NCBI GenBank assembly: GCA_048772705.1
Contig: JBLWGC010000143.1
Location: 22,688-86,687, forward strand
Length of the DNA: 64,000 nucleotides
Origin: Leidyana gryllorum EB-2025a
Taxonomy: Eukaryota; Protista; Apicomplexa
Direction: 5' to 3'
Every line of letters starts with the position of its first letter. Position 1 is the first letter of the stretch. Shown here one piece after another: positions 47,527 to 61,382 of the stretch. The position numbers were made by a program, and so were the translations under genes. Under the pieces are notes generated by a model, which was not told where the DNA came from, searched no databases, and saw only the letters and a program-made list of their open reading frames with translations.

Positions 47527-50026
47527 ATGAAGGAGTTCTGGTTGTGGTTGGCTGCTTCTCTGCCATTCGTCAGTGATGCACTCCCCATCCCCGTAGGCCT
47601 CATATTCCCTGAAGATGGCCCTGTTTTTGAAGCCAAGACTCCATTAGAGCTCTACGACTTCTTCAATGGGTTGCACGACGAAAAGAGTCCATGTGCAGCC
47701 AGATTCGTGATGCTTTACTCTGGCTGGTGTCCACATTGTCATGCTTTCCAGCCGGTCTGGTCTGCTTCGGCTTCTCGCCTGCAGTGCGCGGAACTCAACG
47801 ATCTCAAGTTTGGTGCTTTCGAGTGTGTTCTAGCGAATGATGATCGCCGGTCCCGTTCTGAGTCATGGCCTTTGAAACTATCTGAACCTGCAATCCAGAG
47901 TTTGGAAACCAGTCCGTATATATACCCGAATGACATCTGCCAAACCCTCTTAACTGACGCCTACCCAACATTGCTGCTGGCTACGAAGAAAGAGTGAGTG
48001 ATGTAAACCTGTTCATCCATTCTTGCATAGATGCAAGCTGCAAATCCCTTGGACTCCGGCACTACCCACTTCTGGCGGGCGGAACTCAACTTGGCTCGAC
48101 TTTTTCGGCTCTGAATATGCCATGTATCACTTCCCAGTAGAGGGGCAACACAGAGCCGAGGACAACATACGCTATCATCTCAAACATGCGGAACTAGCCC
48201 ACGATTGCCGACTTGGGGCGAACTCGTCGGAGGTCGACGGAGAGGTTGCCGATTACCTGATGAGTTTGCGTAGCTCGCCTTACAGTCCTCAAGTCTCGAC
48301 TAGATGGAGTCCCAAAGCCCGAGATGTTTCGCCCCAAGCGCGACTTTATGACGCGGTGCGAGGTCTCTATCACATTCTCGGGAGTTGGGTCTTTGCTGAT
48401 GGGTCACACCTGTCGGACGCACAATATTCGGTGAGTACTGGGCAGACATAATCTGGATTTCTTACGCTACAGGCATTGATGAGCTTGTTGCTGGCTGTGG
48501 GTGTGTCGATGCCAAGTCGCGAAGATCGCGCCACCGTAGCCGATTTCATGTCGTATTTATACACGACAGGAGCGAGCTCGCTCACCCCCACTGACTTTAA
48601 ACAAGCTTTACGTGATCGTTTCACCTTGAGTGGACTGAAACATCCGGACGACTATGCACAGCCGCAGATCCGCTCTTTACTATGTGAAACATCCGCTTGC
48701 ACTGTGTGGACCCTCTTCCACGTCTTGGCCAGTTTGCAAGTTCTTTACGAGCAGCAGGCTACCTTTCCGACGGATCTGGCTTGCTGGGACATCTTTGGCA
48801 GCTCGCCGGAGAAAGATGCCGATCTGATGGAGAGCATTCATGCTGGTCACATGACCGAGGACGTCGGATGTATGGACGGCCGCACATTGGCTGATGTTAT
48901 GCATGATACGGTATACAACTTTTTCTCTTGTCAAGATTGCCGGACGCACTTCCACGCCGGCTTCAAGTCGTGCGCTGGCGATCGCTGCGAATGGTTGCGA
49001 CCGGATGGCGAGGCACTGCGTACCAGTTTGAAAGATCACGGACGGACCACTGGGTACAGCGACACGATGGCTACAACCCGTCTGGGATTCCAGATCTGGT
49101 TGTGGCGTTTCCACAATATTGTCAATGTGCGCACAACCACAGATCGAGTGCTGACCGCCCTGCGGCAAGGCGTCGAGGGCCACGCATTCGCAGAGGACGG
49201 ACACAACGTGCCGTTCTTCAGAGAGGACGTCCGAATTCCGAGTCCGTCCATGTGCGAGGACTGTCGACTGCTGAATAGTCCTCAGCACATAATGAATGAA
49301 GACTGGATGCTGCGATTTGTCGAAGTCGAAGCAGACGAGGCACAAATGGACTATGATTATCATCGAGATTTCAGTTTAGTGCAAGTCAGCAACTTCCTCC
49401 AATACTTCTACACGGATCAGCGATGGGCGTCCACATTCAATGCCACGTTGCCTTCAGTAGATGAACTACCTCGCAGGAGTTACATTGAGAAGATGGAGTG
49501 GGAGCCCAAGGAGCGAACTTTCACATTGACACCTATCACCTCTGACAAGGAAGGAGGTGAGATGCACATTGCGCCTTTCCTCAAGAGCCGACACAGTGTG
49601 AGGGGGGAGGGATACACTTGAGCGCATGAGAGACAATTCTTATCATTGTTTTTGCAGGACGTGGATGACAGTGTTCGCGGGAAAATGCCACGGGTTGAAC
49701 CCAGAAAGATGTATGGGGGAAAGCGTCCTCCTCCGTATCTGTATGGACTACACAAACATCCAATGCTAAAGGAAGGTCTCACGGCACAAATGCCGCCTGA
49801 CCACAACCAGCTATCATCGAGCCAGACCGAAGTGGTCTGGCATGGTTATTCGCTAGTTAGCATTGCGGTGATGATTGTGATGGCTGGGGTTGCCCACCGC
49901 CTACTCTGCCGCCTAGGGCCAAAGTCGACGCCACACAGCGTCGCTATAACCGAGACCTCTAAGCTGCACGACCCACCGCGAGTCACCAGGAGGAGAGCGG
50001 TTTCTCCACAGGATTTGCCAGTTTGA
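47527..50026 (+). CDS. QSOX: Quiescin sulfhydryl oxidase (thioredoxin plus Erv/ALR), multi-exon
   Basis: Signal peptide, WCPHC, CTVWTLFH, FFSCQDCRTHF, WLWRFHNIVN, PSPSMCEDC, C-terminal TM helix. Confidence 0.9.
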
Positions 50027-50032
50027 AGAAAA

Positions 50033-52302
50033 TTAGTCCACTCCAGCGCGGATGTGAAACGTCTTGATGTCGGGAGTGTCACCCATAGCATAAATGAGGT
50101 GACTGCCGTCAAAGATCGACATTGACCTGACCTGATTGATGGCTTGATGCTCGAAACAATCTATCGCCACTTGTTCATCACGATGCAGCTCCAATCGCAG
50201 ACGAGAAGACGGAGGTTTCCTCCACCTGTCGGCTCCCCCACCAGAACCGATGGTCGGCGACTCTGTCTCTGCGTCGGGGGGGGAGTCCAAGGTACGTTCC
50301 TTCGGGGCCAGGTTCCACATCGCGAGTTCGCCAGCACTGATAATAGAGCATGAGAGCAATCCCTGTGAGAGAGAGAACTAACTCACCAGTCGCCCGTGAT
50401 GATATCGCTAGTCCCTTCCAGTCCGTTCACGCAAGTTAGAGCTCTGCGCTGAAGAGCCTGTCGATCAGTTTGAATGATTGTTTGCACCCTGTGACTCACA
50501 TCGTTTTCGGTACTGGACCAAGCCGACAATGCAGAACTTTCGTCACTCATCGAGTCATCGTCGTTTCGTCGCCCTCCAATGACGCACAAAGGATGAGTTG
50601 AGAATCCTACTGCACGACCACGATGTACGCTGGCCATTCCTCGAATTGGAGAGGTCTTCTCGTCCCAAATCCAGCACCGCAACCGATCGTCGTTGTCGGC
50701 GCAGCAGAACAGCGCCCTATAGTCGGTCTTCCGGCCTTCCCGCAGCAAGTGCACATTGCTGGCGTCCAGGGACCGAATTGCCCCTATTTCGGGATGTGGG
50801 AAGCTTTTGATGAATAGCGCTTACCGGGATTGCCCATGAGTGGGAGAACAGTGAAACCTTGGTTCCACAGTCGCACCACTCCGGAGTCACTGCCGGTCAC
50901 CAAGCCATTGATAGCTCTCTGGGCAAAGGCAGCCCTTTCAAGTTTGCGAGACACTTCAGGCTCAGGGTCCGTGGGTGGAACATAGGCCAAGGACAGCATC
51001 TCTTCACTACTGGGGATTTTGCAGAGGGGCAGAACACCGCGAGCTCGAGCATCGAAGATGCGAACTGTCTTATCCGATCCAGAGGCAGCAATCAGATTGA
51101 AGCTTAGGTCTTGCACATCCCGAGACAACACACAGACGGAGTGCGCGATGGGCGCAGGGCCATCGTCAATGTCACTTGGCGGAGCGAGAAGCCATGAATG
51201 AGCCGCTTGAGGGGTAGCAGCGGGCGTATCCGACGCTGTTGGTTGATTGGATTTCCCATGAAGGTGTTTAAAGGTCAGTGCGTACCTTTGCAGCGTAGAT
51301 CGAAAAGTTTGACCGTTGTTCCCACTGCTGCAACGATGATCTTCTCTTCCAGCACATCCATGGAGGTGATGAATGTGTCCGGATGTTGATCAAAGGATCT
51401 AGTGTCTCTCCAAGACCACACCTGAGCACTTTGCGCATCGTTGGAGTCCAGTCGACTCAAATCCCAGACTCGAATCTCGCCCGCACTGCCTGTACATAGT
51501 CGGCTCGGAGTACGTCTGCTTCCTTTTGCGACTGTGAAGCAAGCAGCCTTGACATAGTCGTTGTGAGCATCAGTGAGGCTGGCAACCGGCGAGATTTCTC
51601 TGCCTCGGGTCTTCCTGCCCCTGACCTCTTCTCTGAGGGGTAAGTCACCTGTCCAAGGCCTGCCCAGAGGGTCAGGAGACTCAGTAGTAGTGCTTTGACC
51701 CTCCCGATTCCCAGTGGGAATTTCGGCCCCAAGAGTACGTGGTGCGACGCCCAGATCCATACTTTTCGTCCGAGATCCGTTACCACCCGCCCGCCGCCCT
51801 GGAACTGGGAGAGAATCCAATACCCGTCTTCTCGCTTACTCAGAGAAGGGTCCAAAGTGTCTTTATGACTCGGGGGCGGTAAGGTATCCCCGGCGCCGCC
51901 AAACACACCACCAGCAGCACTACGATGGGAATTCTTGCGGCCGCCAAGATAGTCGGCTCTGGCTGTAGATGGATCTTGCGGTGTGGGAGAGGTCATGGGC
52001 AATTGCAGAGGCCGATTCCCTTTGCTCAATGGAGGGACAATGTTTCGACGCGGCGGGCTTCTCTTGTACTGCACAGGTGAAGGTTGACGATTTGCCTTGG
52101 AAGGGCCTCCTCCGGCTAGCTGTGAAGCTGCTAAAGTGCCAGCGGTATCAGCGCCCCTTGGCTGAACCCCTCTATGAAACAGAGTTCCGATGGCAAAGCG
52201 TGAGTATATGCGGACTCACTGTGCGGCCGGTAGCCCGGCATTCGCTCCCGTCTCACTGGCACAGCCACCAGGAGTGGAAGAGAAAGCTCTCCGAGTTCTC
52301 AT
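50033..52302 (-). CDS. WD40-repeat protein (possibly the C-terminus of the upstream kinesin)
   Basis: AHNDYV, IRVWDL, VKLFDL, SGSDKTVRIFD, GSDSGVVRLWN, HQAIN repeats across several exons. Confidence 0.75.
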
Positions 52303-52403
52303 TTGCTTATTGACTCTCCGATCCCCGCTCAGCGGACCGTCAGCATCTGGGAGGGGGCGAGACCTGAAGCGACTTGGCTGATAGAGCCAATGAGAGAAGT
52401 TCC

Positions 52404-55400
52404 TCACCGAGGCTTGTCGGATCGTCTACTCTTATTCCCATCTGCCGAGGAGGCCGTGACGACGGATCTACAGATAGATGGCCGGGCAGCATGGGAATTT
52501 GATGCTTTCTGGGCGAGTTCCAATTGTCTGCTGAGAAGATCCAAGCGATTCTTGAGAATCTTTATTTCCAATTCTTTGGAGTCTGCAGGCAGTCTGGGAC
52601 GGGCTGACAAACTTGGACTGAGCTCACCATTTGATCGTGTGTCGTCCACACCGTCCAGTCTCCGCCTCGAGCTCGCTGGAATGGACGAACTCCTTACATT
52701 GCGTTTGATTGAAGGGATGTTGAGATCGTCTGGGAGTGGCAGTAGTGAGGAATGCGAAGTGGCTGCGAGCTGCCCCTGGGCGTTGGCTTCATAAGCCTCC
52801 ATGAAAGCCAACTTATCCTCATTACACGCCAATTGGATCTCAATTTTCTGACGCTCAAAGTCGGCAACGAGAGCTTCTTCGCGTTGTTGAGCGCGGTGAT
52901 ATAGTTTGCGACGATCTTGAATGGCCTCCTCTTTCTTGGACAACTCCTTCATTGTCTTGGACAGTTCTTCTACTGTCGAGAAGTACATGTCTAGGAATGC
53001 CTGGAGAAGAAGAAGGTTTATGAGAGACACTTTGGTGAGCTCACGTCGATGAACGCCTCGGGAGAGTTCTTGACTCCTTGTCGCAGCTCATTTAGTGATT
53101 TCTGTGACTCGTCAGTCTCAATCTCTTTTCTGGTATCCTCAATGTCGTTCTCTATGAGAGTTCGCTCGGATTTGGCCGAGTCGAGTTTGTCATTGATCTG
53201 AACGAGTTGAGTTCTGACCGAGTCAGTCGGACGTCGAGCCATCAGCTGTTCCGCATGTGCCGAGCTGTTGTCGTGTGTCGTCAGTGCACAGAGAAGAGAA
53301 CTGAACTCACGCGTGTAATAAATCGTTTATGTACTCATCCAGCTTGCGTAACTTCTTCCGTTTCTTGTTGATGGTCTCCGTTCCTTTAGTCTGACGCAAA
53401 CGGGTCTGCACTGTTTTCTCCAGTATCTGAAAGACTTGGTGTCGTCCGACGGTATAACCCCTCTTACCTCCACAGCACGATTAGCAGAGACCTGTGAGGT
53501 GCCTGAGGTCGGAGCTGGACGAGAGTTCCTGTCTGAAGCGAGAGGATTGCCGGAGGACCCCGTGAGACTCGGGAGATTGCAAGCACTGCGCTTCTGGGCG
53601 GTCTGGAAGCCTCCTACTGCAAGTGGCGGATTACTGCTGCCGAAGGTCGATTTTCCCGGATTGAGTGACCTGGTCGGGCCCCCTACGGTCTCTCGCATTG
53701 GAACCAGATTGGGACCGCTGCTTCCACCGGACGTTAACTGGCCGGGATTGCTGACGAGCCGAGTTGATCGATTGCTTTGTTGCTGCTGGAACTGCAGATT
53801 CTGAACTTGTCTCTTGAGCTCATCGTTCCGCTTTTGCAACTTTTGGATTCTGTTGGCCTTCTCCGCCTTGTCAGCTCGCTCTTTGAGGAGTTCCTCATCA
53901 GCACGCTTGGCTTGTTTCTCCAACTTTTGGATGAATCTGTTCTTTTCCATGATCGACGCTCGATGCTTCTTGTCTTGCTCAGCTATCCGCTTGAGAATCG
54001 AGGCCTTCTCGACTTTCAACTGATTTAGATTTGCCTCTGTAGAGGAGATCTGTCCCTTTGTGGCTTCACGACGACGATTCATCTCTTCCAACTCCTTCTT
54101 GAGAGTCATCAAACGACTCTCATTGTTCCGAGCGTTCACAGTCTCCATTTCGAGCCGACGGTGTAAATGTACACTCTCGGCCGTTGCAACCATCTTGTTC
54201 GTCACACCACTCGCGATGGGGGTGAGACTCAGTCCCTCTGAGGTCTCGGGTTCCTCGATAGCATCGATGCGGGCTCGTAGTGTCTCTATTGAGCGAATGA
54301 GCAGTGCGAGCGTGATATATATGTAGCTCACGTTTCTGATTCTCCGATTCCTGGAGAGCATTCTGGAGGCTGGTGATCTGTACGCTCAGATCGCTGACGA
54401 CTCGTTCCCAATGTCGTTTCTCTTGTTCCATCCCCTATGGGCAAAAGTGTGATATTCGCTCGCATCCAACCCCCACTCACATTCAGCAAAGCCGCCATGC
54501 GATTGATGCTCACAGACAGTCTCTCTGATTTGCTCTTCAACAGCTCGGAAGCCTCGGCTTGGCCGGTGAATGCGTCAAGGAGACATATCAACTCCGTCTT
54601 GTCCTCTTCAGACGCGTTGTCGAGCAGTCTCAGGATTTCTCTGTCATTCAAGTCCAAATGTTCAGCAAGAGCCGCTGTGAATCTCCCCCATTGCGTTCGT
54701 ACATCCACTCCATTGCTCTTGTCAACAGAAGCCATACCGCTCGAGGGCTGACCGGGCAAGTGGGGAACTGGAACCATATCGTCGTCATCCTGGTCGAACC
54801 CGTCCGTTCTACCGTTCGATATGGTGTTAAAGTTCTCAACACCTCTGTCTGGTACTGACTTTTTGGCTTCTGCCCCGCCACCTGCGATTTCGAGAGTGTA
54901 GAATGCTGTCCGATAAATAGCTCTCCCCTTACGTTGTTCCGAGACTATCCGGCGCAGGAGTGACAGAACATGTTGCATCTCGGGCGGTCGACTGATTCCA
55001 GCATCATGCTCGGGCTGGGAGACTGCAACAGTAGATTGCATGGAGACATGACTTCCGAGTTGAGCGGTTCGCTGTAGAATGGACAGTTCTTGTCTCAATC
55101 GTTCCACTGTGAGCTCCAGATCAGCTGCTCGAGTAAGAGCATCTTGCATTGTACGCAGATTATTCCCATCATCTGACCCATCATCGCCCCGATCAGAATC
55201 CAGTCCTTCGTTCCCGTAATCAACTGATGCTCGGAACGGTCCGGGACCCATGGAGGCCCGCACATCTGCTCAGCCACTGTCGCTTCTGTCTGACTCAGGT
55301 CGCTCTCACCTGTGAGGAGGTCACGATACCTCGTCTTGTACCTCAACAACTTGGCCTCCAGACCGATTCGGCGAGCACGCTCTTCCGCCTCTCGCGCTTC

Positions 55401-57109
55401 CCTCTCCTGCAATACGGCCTTGAGATCCGCAATCTCGCGCTCGAGATCTGCGGCCGCCATGCTGTCTTTCTGATAGAATCCAAGCGTGGGTGGCGTTGAG
55501 TACAAGATGGTGACTTACGGGAGCGCCTTCACGGGAGCGGTACAATGCCAACTCGGCTGTGAGGTCTTCAATCTTGCGTTTCAGAGCTTGGATGAGTGCA
55601 GTTTGTGGATCTTTGTTTACAACCGGAGTGTTCTGAGTGAGCAGCGTTTGGAGGGCGATAGGGGTCTAACTTGCTCTATCTCACCTTGATGTGGCGCGCT
55701 CTGCTAGCGTACTTGACAGTGCTGAAGGTCTCAGCGAAGTCTTGCCGCGACGGAGTCACGCACGCAATCATAACAGTCTTCGAATTGCCCCCAAGAGAAT
55801 CCTGCGCGCGAATGAGGTGACGTTCGGGAGTCTATTTACCTGAAGGAAACGAGTGAGCTTGGAATCTCGGTAGGGAACATGCAAGCGCTCGTCGGGTTTG
55901 GGGTAGGATGTTGCTGGACGATCTTCTGTCAGCGCATTGATGACATTTGACAGAGCCAAAAGGCCACTGTTGATGTTAATACCCTCTCTCAGACGGTTTC
56001 CTTGTGCTTGAGTCCGTTTTACTCGTTCGCTACCTGCAAGATCGACCAGGTGGAATTTTGAGCTGAGTTTGCTCCGAGGCCCCCTTGGCGACTGGCCCGG
56101 GAGACCTTCCTCAACCTCGCGTTGTTCCAAATGTAGGCTATATATGGCATGAGAACGAGAACTGGTAAGATTCAGGCGATTGGAACCTGTGGTACGATAC
56201 AGACCACCAGAATACAAACACTCGAGTGCGGCCGTCTCGTTCTCGACCTTCAAGGCCCGGACGCCAATTAGTTGTATAGAGTTGTTCTGGGCATCTTGAG
56301 CGATACGAATACCGACGTTTCCAGTATTGGCCGCCGAGTTGCGCTGCGACAATGGGTTCCCAAATAAACCAGTACCGACAGGAGCCACAGACGCTTTGGG
56401 TCGAGTAGTATTGGCAGCGGAACCCTCTGGGTTCAATAAATCTCGAATATCTAATGATGAGTGATGGACGGATGATTTACGAGGAGGATGCGACTATTAT
56501 ACCTTCATTGTAGATCTCAATATAGGTGACAGTGATGTCCATGTCCCAGCCTGAAGCTTTCTTTCGCGCGGCAGCAGCAAAGAACTGCGATGAAGAAGGG
56601 GTGATCTCACAAATAGAGAGAGGGATCAGTCAAACTCACATCCGCAAGGGCACGAGGGACTATTCCCTTCTCTTCAACGTGTTTCAATGGGACGGCTTGA
56701 TGCTGTGCAGTTCCCATAGTATAGGATTTGCCAGATCCCGTTTGACCATACGCCAGTAAGCAACAATTGAACCCCGCCAAGAAGTAGTCCACCATTCCAT
56801 GGCAACAGACTTCGTAAGTTTCGCGTTGCGATGCTTCAGGCGGCAGCAATGCGTCAAAGGAATAGGCTCTATCCATCTCGGGGAATAATAATCGTGTCAA
56901 GGGGGGACTGAGGCAGTCTGCCATGACCTCGATAGTATCCTGCGCCAAGTGGCCTCACCATCTGCTCCATTATCCCATTTGATGCATCTTCCATCTTCCC
57001 CCAATCGCCGATTGATCGGAGGACGAACACGTACTATGACCTTGCAGTTGTCCACGCCTCGTCGACCATCCCTAGGACTTGCAGGTGGCGATTCACCCGC
57101 AACATCCAT
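52404..57109 (-). CDS. Kinesin, kinesin-4 (KIF4/KIF21-like) type: N-terminal motor and long coiled coil
   Basis: [63 protein letters not shown]; coiled-coil ORFs 52404-55500. Confidence 0.88.
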
Positions 57110-57219
57110 TCGTCGCAACCAAAATTCTGTCAGCCTTCCAGATATAGGAAGTTGTTGCAATGCATCTAGAAGAAAAAGTTGAGTGACTCTGCAGGTCGTG
57201 GCTGGCGTATTGGGCAAAA

Positions 57220-58590
57220 ATGTCCTCCAAGCTCAAGAGTTGGCCCGACACGGACTTCCAGGCTATTCATAGAGCTGCGTGCCAAGCTGACAAACCGACG
57301 GCCGTTTGTCTTGACGTCTGCTCGGTCTGCTGTCTGTGTTCGGAAGTAAGAAGCACACCACTATTTCCTTCTTTAACCCCCTTCTAGTTGGCTTGGTTTC
57401 CGGAGTCTGCTGCTGACTCCTTACCAGTCGGAGACCGCGTGCAGCGGCCACAGCAATTGGAGCACGAAAAGCAGCACCCTGGTAAAACCCGTTACTTCTG
57501 GGCAGTGAGTCTTCGCACAGGAGACACGCCACACACGTTTCCCTTCTCAGGCACTTCTTACCTCCGGTTTGCGAATAGTTGTCAGCGAAGAGGTCGCCGA
57601 TGACAGCGACCGGCTGTTATCGACCGTGGTAAGACGTTGCCAACTTGTATGTGTGTGTATGATGGACCCTTGTAGGGTGGTCCACGTGAACGAGCGCGTT
57701 GGACTGAGCTGAAAAATCAGAATCGGGTTCATGTGTTGAAGGAGGGACACACAGTCTCAAATATTGATGAATGGCCTCCAATTAGCGGCGATTTGTCACC
57801 CAGTCTTTGGTGCATTCCTACCGAATGTTTAAGAGATTGGGACAAGATCATGCTGGGCGACGTGGACTTAATTGATAGAGAACGGCGGGTTGCTTCAGGG
57901 GACGCTCCAAAGGAAGAGAGCCTGCTGGAGGGTCCCATCAGGCTCCCGAGCGCGCCTTGCAAGCGGTATAAATCCGAGGATGCTTCACTGAGCGATGACG
58001 AGGACGGGATACAAGTGCTGATCCAGGACAAATCCATACGACAGCTGGCTGAGGAGGCGAAAGGCGCAAACTCTGAGTCCAGCGGCAACCGAGCGAAGCA
58101 ACGGAAGGTGGATTTGTACGGACTAACGGAAGCCACATTGAACTTTGGTGCGGGTATGTCAACGCGGATCTCCGAACGGAAGGCCGCTAGAAAGGAAAAG
58201 CGAGCTGAACAAGCCGCCGAATTTGTAGCACAACTGCGGTCGAATTTCAAGAATATGGTGACAGGTAAAGTTGACATTGGGTTCTGACGGTATTAATCTC
58301 AAAAAGTAACGCGGAGGGTGAACGATCGGAATATTAGAGTGATTCAGTGTGCATTGTCGCACGAGTTGCTTTTGATCACTGGGGATAAAGGTGAGGGCGT
58401 TGTGTGAGTGGGGATGATGACGACTGCATTGGAAAGGTCTGGTGAAAGCATTGAAAGATCAGCGCATAGACTTGGAGAAGCTGGGCCTGGTGGTGGTTCA
58501 TCCCACTCGATCGTTAGCTGGCCAGTGAGAGACCTGTACTTTTTTGTGCGAGAGGGCTGTGGGGCATACCTCCATCGAGAAGATGTCTGA
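57220..58590 (+). CDS. Hypothetical multi-exon protein (could be the N-terminal part of the CTF4-like gene)
   Basis: Exons from ATG 57220 join through GT-AG introns into ORF 57733-58287 and beyond; 3' end ambiguous. Confidence 0.4.
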
Positions 58591-61368
58591 TAACGAGACC
58601 ATCGCGAGACCTTGCAACAAGCGGCGACGTGTCTCGTCTAGTGATGGAGAGAGGGTTGTGAGCAGCAGCAAAGGGGGCGACTCGTCTGCTGACAGGTCTG
58701 CCTCAAGTCCTCATGAACAGTCTACCCCGGGATCGGCCCTGGAGGCGGAGCCCCTCGAGTCTCATGATCTCTTACACGCTAACAAGAAGTTGCAGAAGAA
58801 GGTCGACTGGTTGATGCAAAGTGTATACGAGATGACTGTGATGGCCTATCAGGACGCCTTTCACCCGGGAGCGACTCCTTTTGATCACGAAGTCTGTTCA
58901 GACGGAATGATACGGAAGTATCTGTGTCGGAACCACTCGGGATTCGTGATGCTCTCTGTAGATGCTGAAGGTTTGGACGATTTCTTTTCAAGTGCGACTG
59001 TTGATGAGAATGCCCCTTTGGAAGAGGCTTTTGACCGACGTCAACGTTGGCTGAACATTTTGGCTTCGGGGTCAGTGGAGATAGAGTCCCTCGAACCGGG
59101 CGAGGGCAAACGGAGACAAATCTTTGCTAATGACAAAGGCTATCACCTTGCCAGCATATGTGAGATGGTGTACTGTGTACGAGTGATTCTTGAGTGTTTG
59201 TCGTCCAACAGCTCCGAAAGGTTTTGTACTCGGACGAGCCGGGGTATTCCCCCACACTGACCCCCACGCAGGTTGGCTGCCCTCCATGATTGAGTACCGG
59301 TAAGTCGCGAGAACGACCGAGACACTATTGTGCGACGATAATTGGCACCTACGACACTATAGACCGTTTTCATCCAATCTGACGCCGACTCCAAAGGCCA
59401 TCTGGACTCGAGTGCTCCCTAACAACGAGAGCTGCGCATTGGTCACATGTGGAGACAATTATGTAGCAATGGTTTCTCAACCTCCGGAGTGCACTGTTCG
59501 AATTTACAGTTGTGCTGGCTTGCTGCTTTACACCACGTCTTGCCAAGCAGGGGTGCCCATCACCCTCACCAGCCGGTATAATGCTTTGATGCTCGTAGAA
59601 CAGCTTTCAACTTCACGACCCCCATGGTTGGGTACCAGTAACAAATACTTGAATCTATTCGGAGAGAGGAGCTCTCGCAAGAAATGCAAGGACTTCAATT
59701 TATATTTTGATAACCATGAACGATTCTCCATGAAGGTACATAGTCAGTTCTCACCGAAAGCACCATAGATTGCAGCCATATCGGGCTTCCATGTACCTTA
59801 TTGACAATCTTGCTGGATCCGACAATTTTGGAGGTTGGGTCCATTTGGTCAACAAATCCGAGTTTAATCTCTTTGGCGACGAAACCCTTACCTGGCTTGG
59901 TTTCAGCGAAAGCTTATTGCCGGTCTTATGCACGTCCATGAGTAAGAACTTTGACCACGGCATCTGCCTGCCCCACTTTCTGACCCCTTGCGATCACTGT
60001 TGCACCGGTTCGCGAGCGATGGCCTCCTGAGTCGACTTCACTCCCCCCTCCGTCTTCTGATACTTGTCCTCCTTGTAGATCGCTGTTTGGCTCTGTGTGT
60101 GTCGGCCACCGGAGCTGCCTACATACCACAGGAGATGCACCAATACGGTCAACATGCTCAACTTGACGAGTTGACACCTGAGACGGCTGCGAACACGCCT
60201 CCAGGCGAGAGTAAAGCGCTTGATAGTGTTCAGGAGCAACTGGATGATGATCGTGTGGTGCAATCCCAATTATGGCGGAATCTTACGCTAGAATGGACAC
60301 AGGTGTCTGTGCCATTGCATCATCTAATCACCAAGAAGTCTGAAGCCGAGCTGACAACTTTCTATCCTCTGAAAGTCAGTGACTCCTCGGTAAGCATTCA
60401 GCTTGGCGTTTGCTCGATGCGTAGTTGTTCGCAGATCTCGGTTATTATCTGTCGTGGGGGCCGTGGGATGCCTTCGGTTCCAATGCCAGGTCAAAAGCTG
60501 ACTGGCAAAGTCACTATTCCCTTCCGATTCCCCTTAACGCTACCAAACGCTTTCCCAGAGAGTCCTAGTATACCCTTCACTTTGAATAGATGGATTGAGT
60601 ACACTCAGGCGGACCCGACTCTGTCTGAGAACCGCGACTTACTGAAGCCGGCCGGGTTGGTGAGCTTACCTTGGCCCTTCTGGGATGAGATACGTCATCG
60701 CCGACTGAGAATGGATCTGGCCCAACAGCTGTGGTTAGCGAGTCTATTGGCAGCCTTCGACGGCCGCAGCAAGGTACGGATTCGGTTTCGGCGAAGTCTA
60801 CGATTGGTGCTGTCTTCAGGCTGACCGCCGGAAAACGATAATTGAGAAACGGAAGTTCCTCGAGGTGGCAACCCTGAAGGAGGTACTGAAGGCTTTCGGC
60901 ACCGAGTACCCGGACCTGGTGATCGAGATGACACATCACCTTGGTTTCAGCAGCTCGTTCACACGGGTTCTCCGGTCGACGCAGGAACGGAATGAACGGA
61001 TGTTGGCGCAGATGATCGAGGCTCTTAGAAATCAGCGATCGCTGCTACGAGAAAATCAGCTCCGAGCTGCTGCGTCCAGAGGAGAGGTGGCTCGGGCAGC
61101 CGTGGAGGATGTCGAAACCACAGCTTCCCCGGAGGAGGAGCGGCGTGACGGTCACGGAGCGGCGGTAAGCCTCGAAGAGCGGAAGGAGAATGTGGTCGGG
61201 ATGGCCCCCCAGACGTCGGCGGAGGACAAGGAGGAGACCACGATAGGGACGAATCTTTCGGCGCTACTAGCTAAGAGTGTGGAAGCTCACAAGCCTGCGG
61301 TGGCAGCATTTGGAGGTGCTGTAACTGCAGGTGCTGAGAAGCGAAGGCGACGTGATGCCGAATTTTAG
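58583..61368 (+). CDS. CTF4/WDHD1/Mcl1-like replisome adaptor (SepB domain), multi-exon
   Basis: FHPGATP, RKYLCRNHSG, VRIYSCAG, LTWLGFSE motifs resemble the Mcl1_mid/SepB propeller; helical C-terminus. Confidence 0.65.
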
Positions 61369-61382
61369 AGATCTTTATTTTG

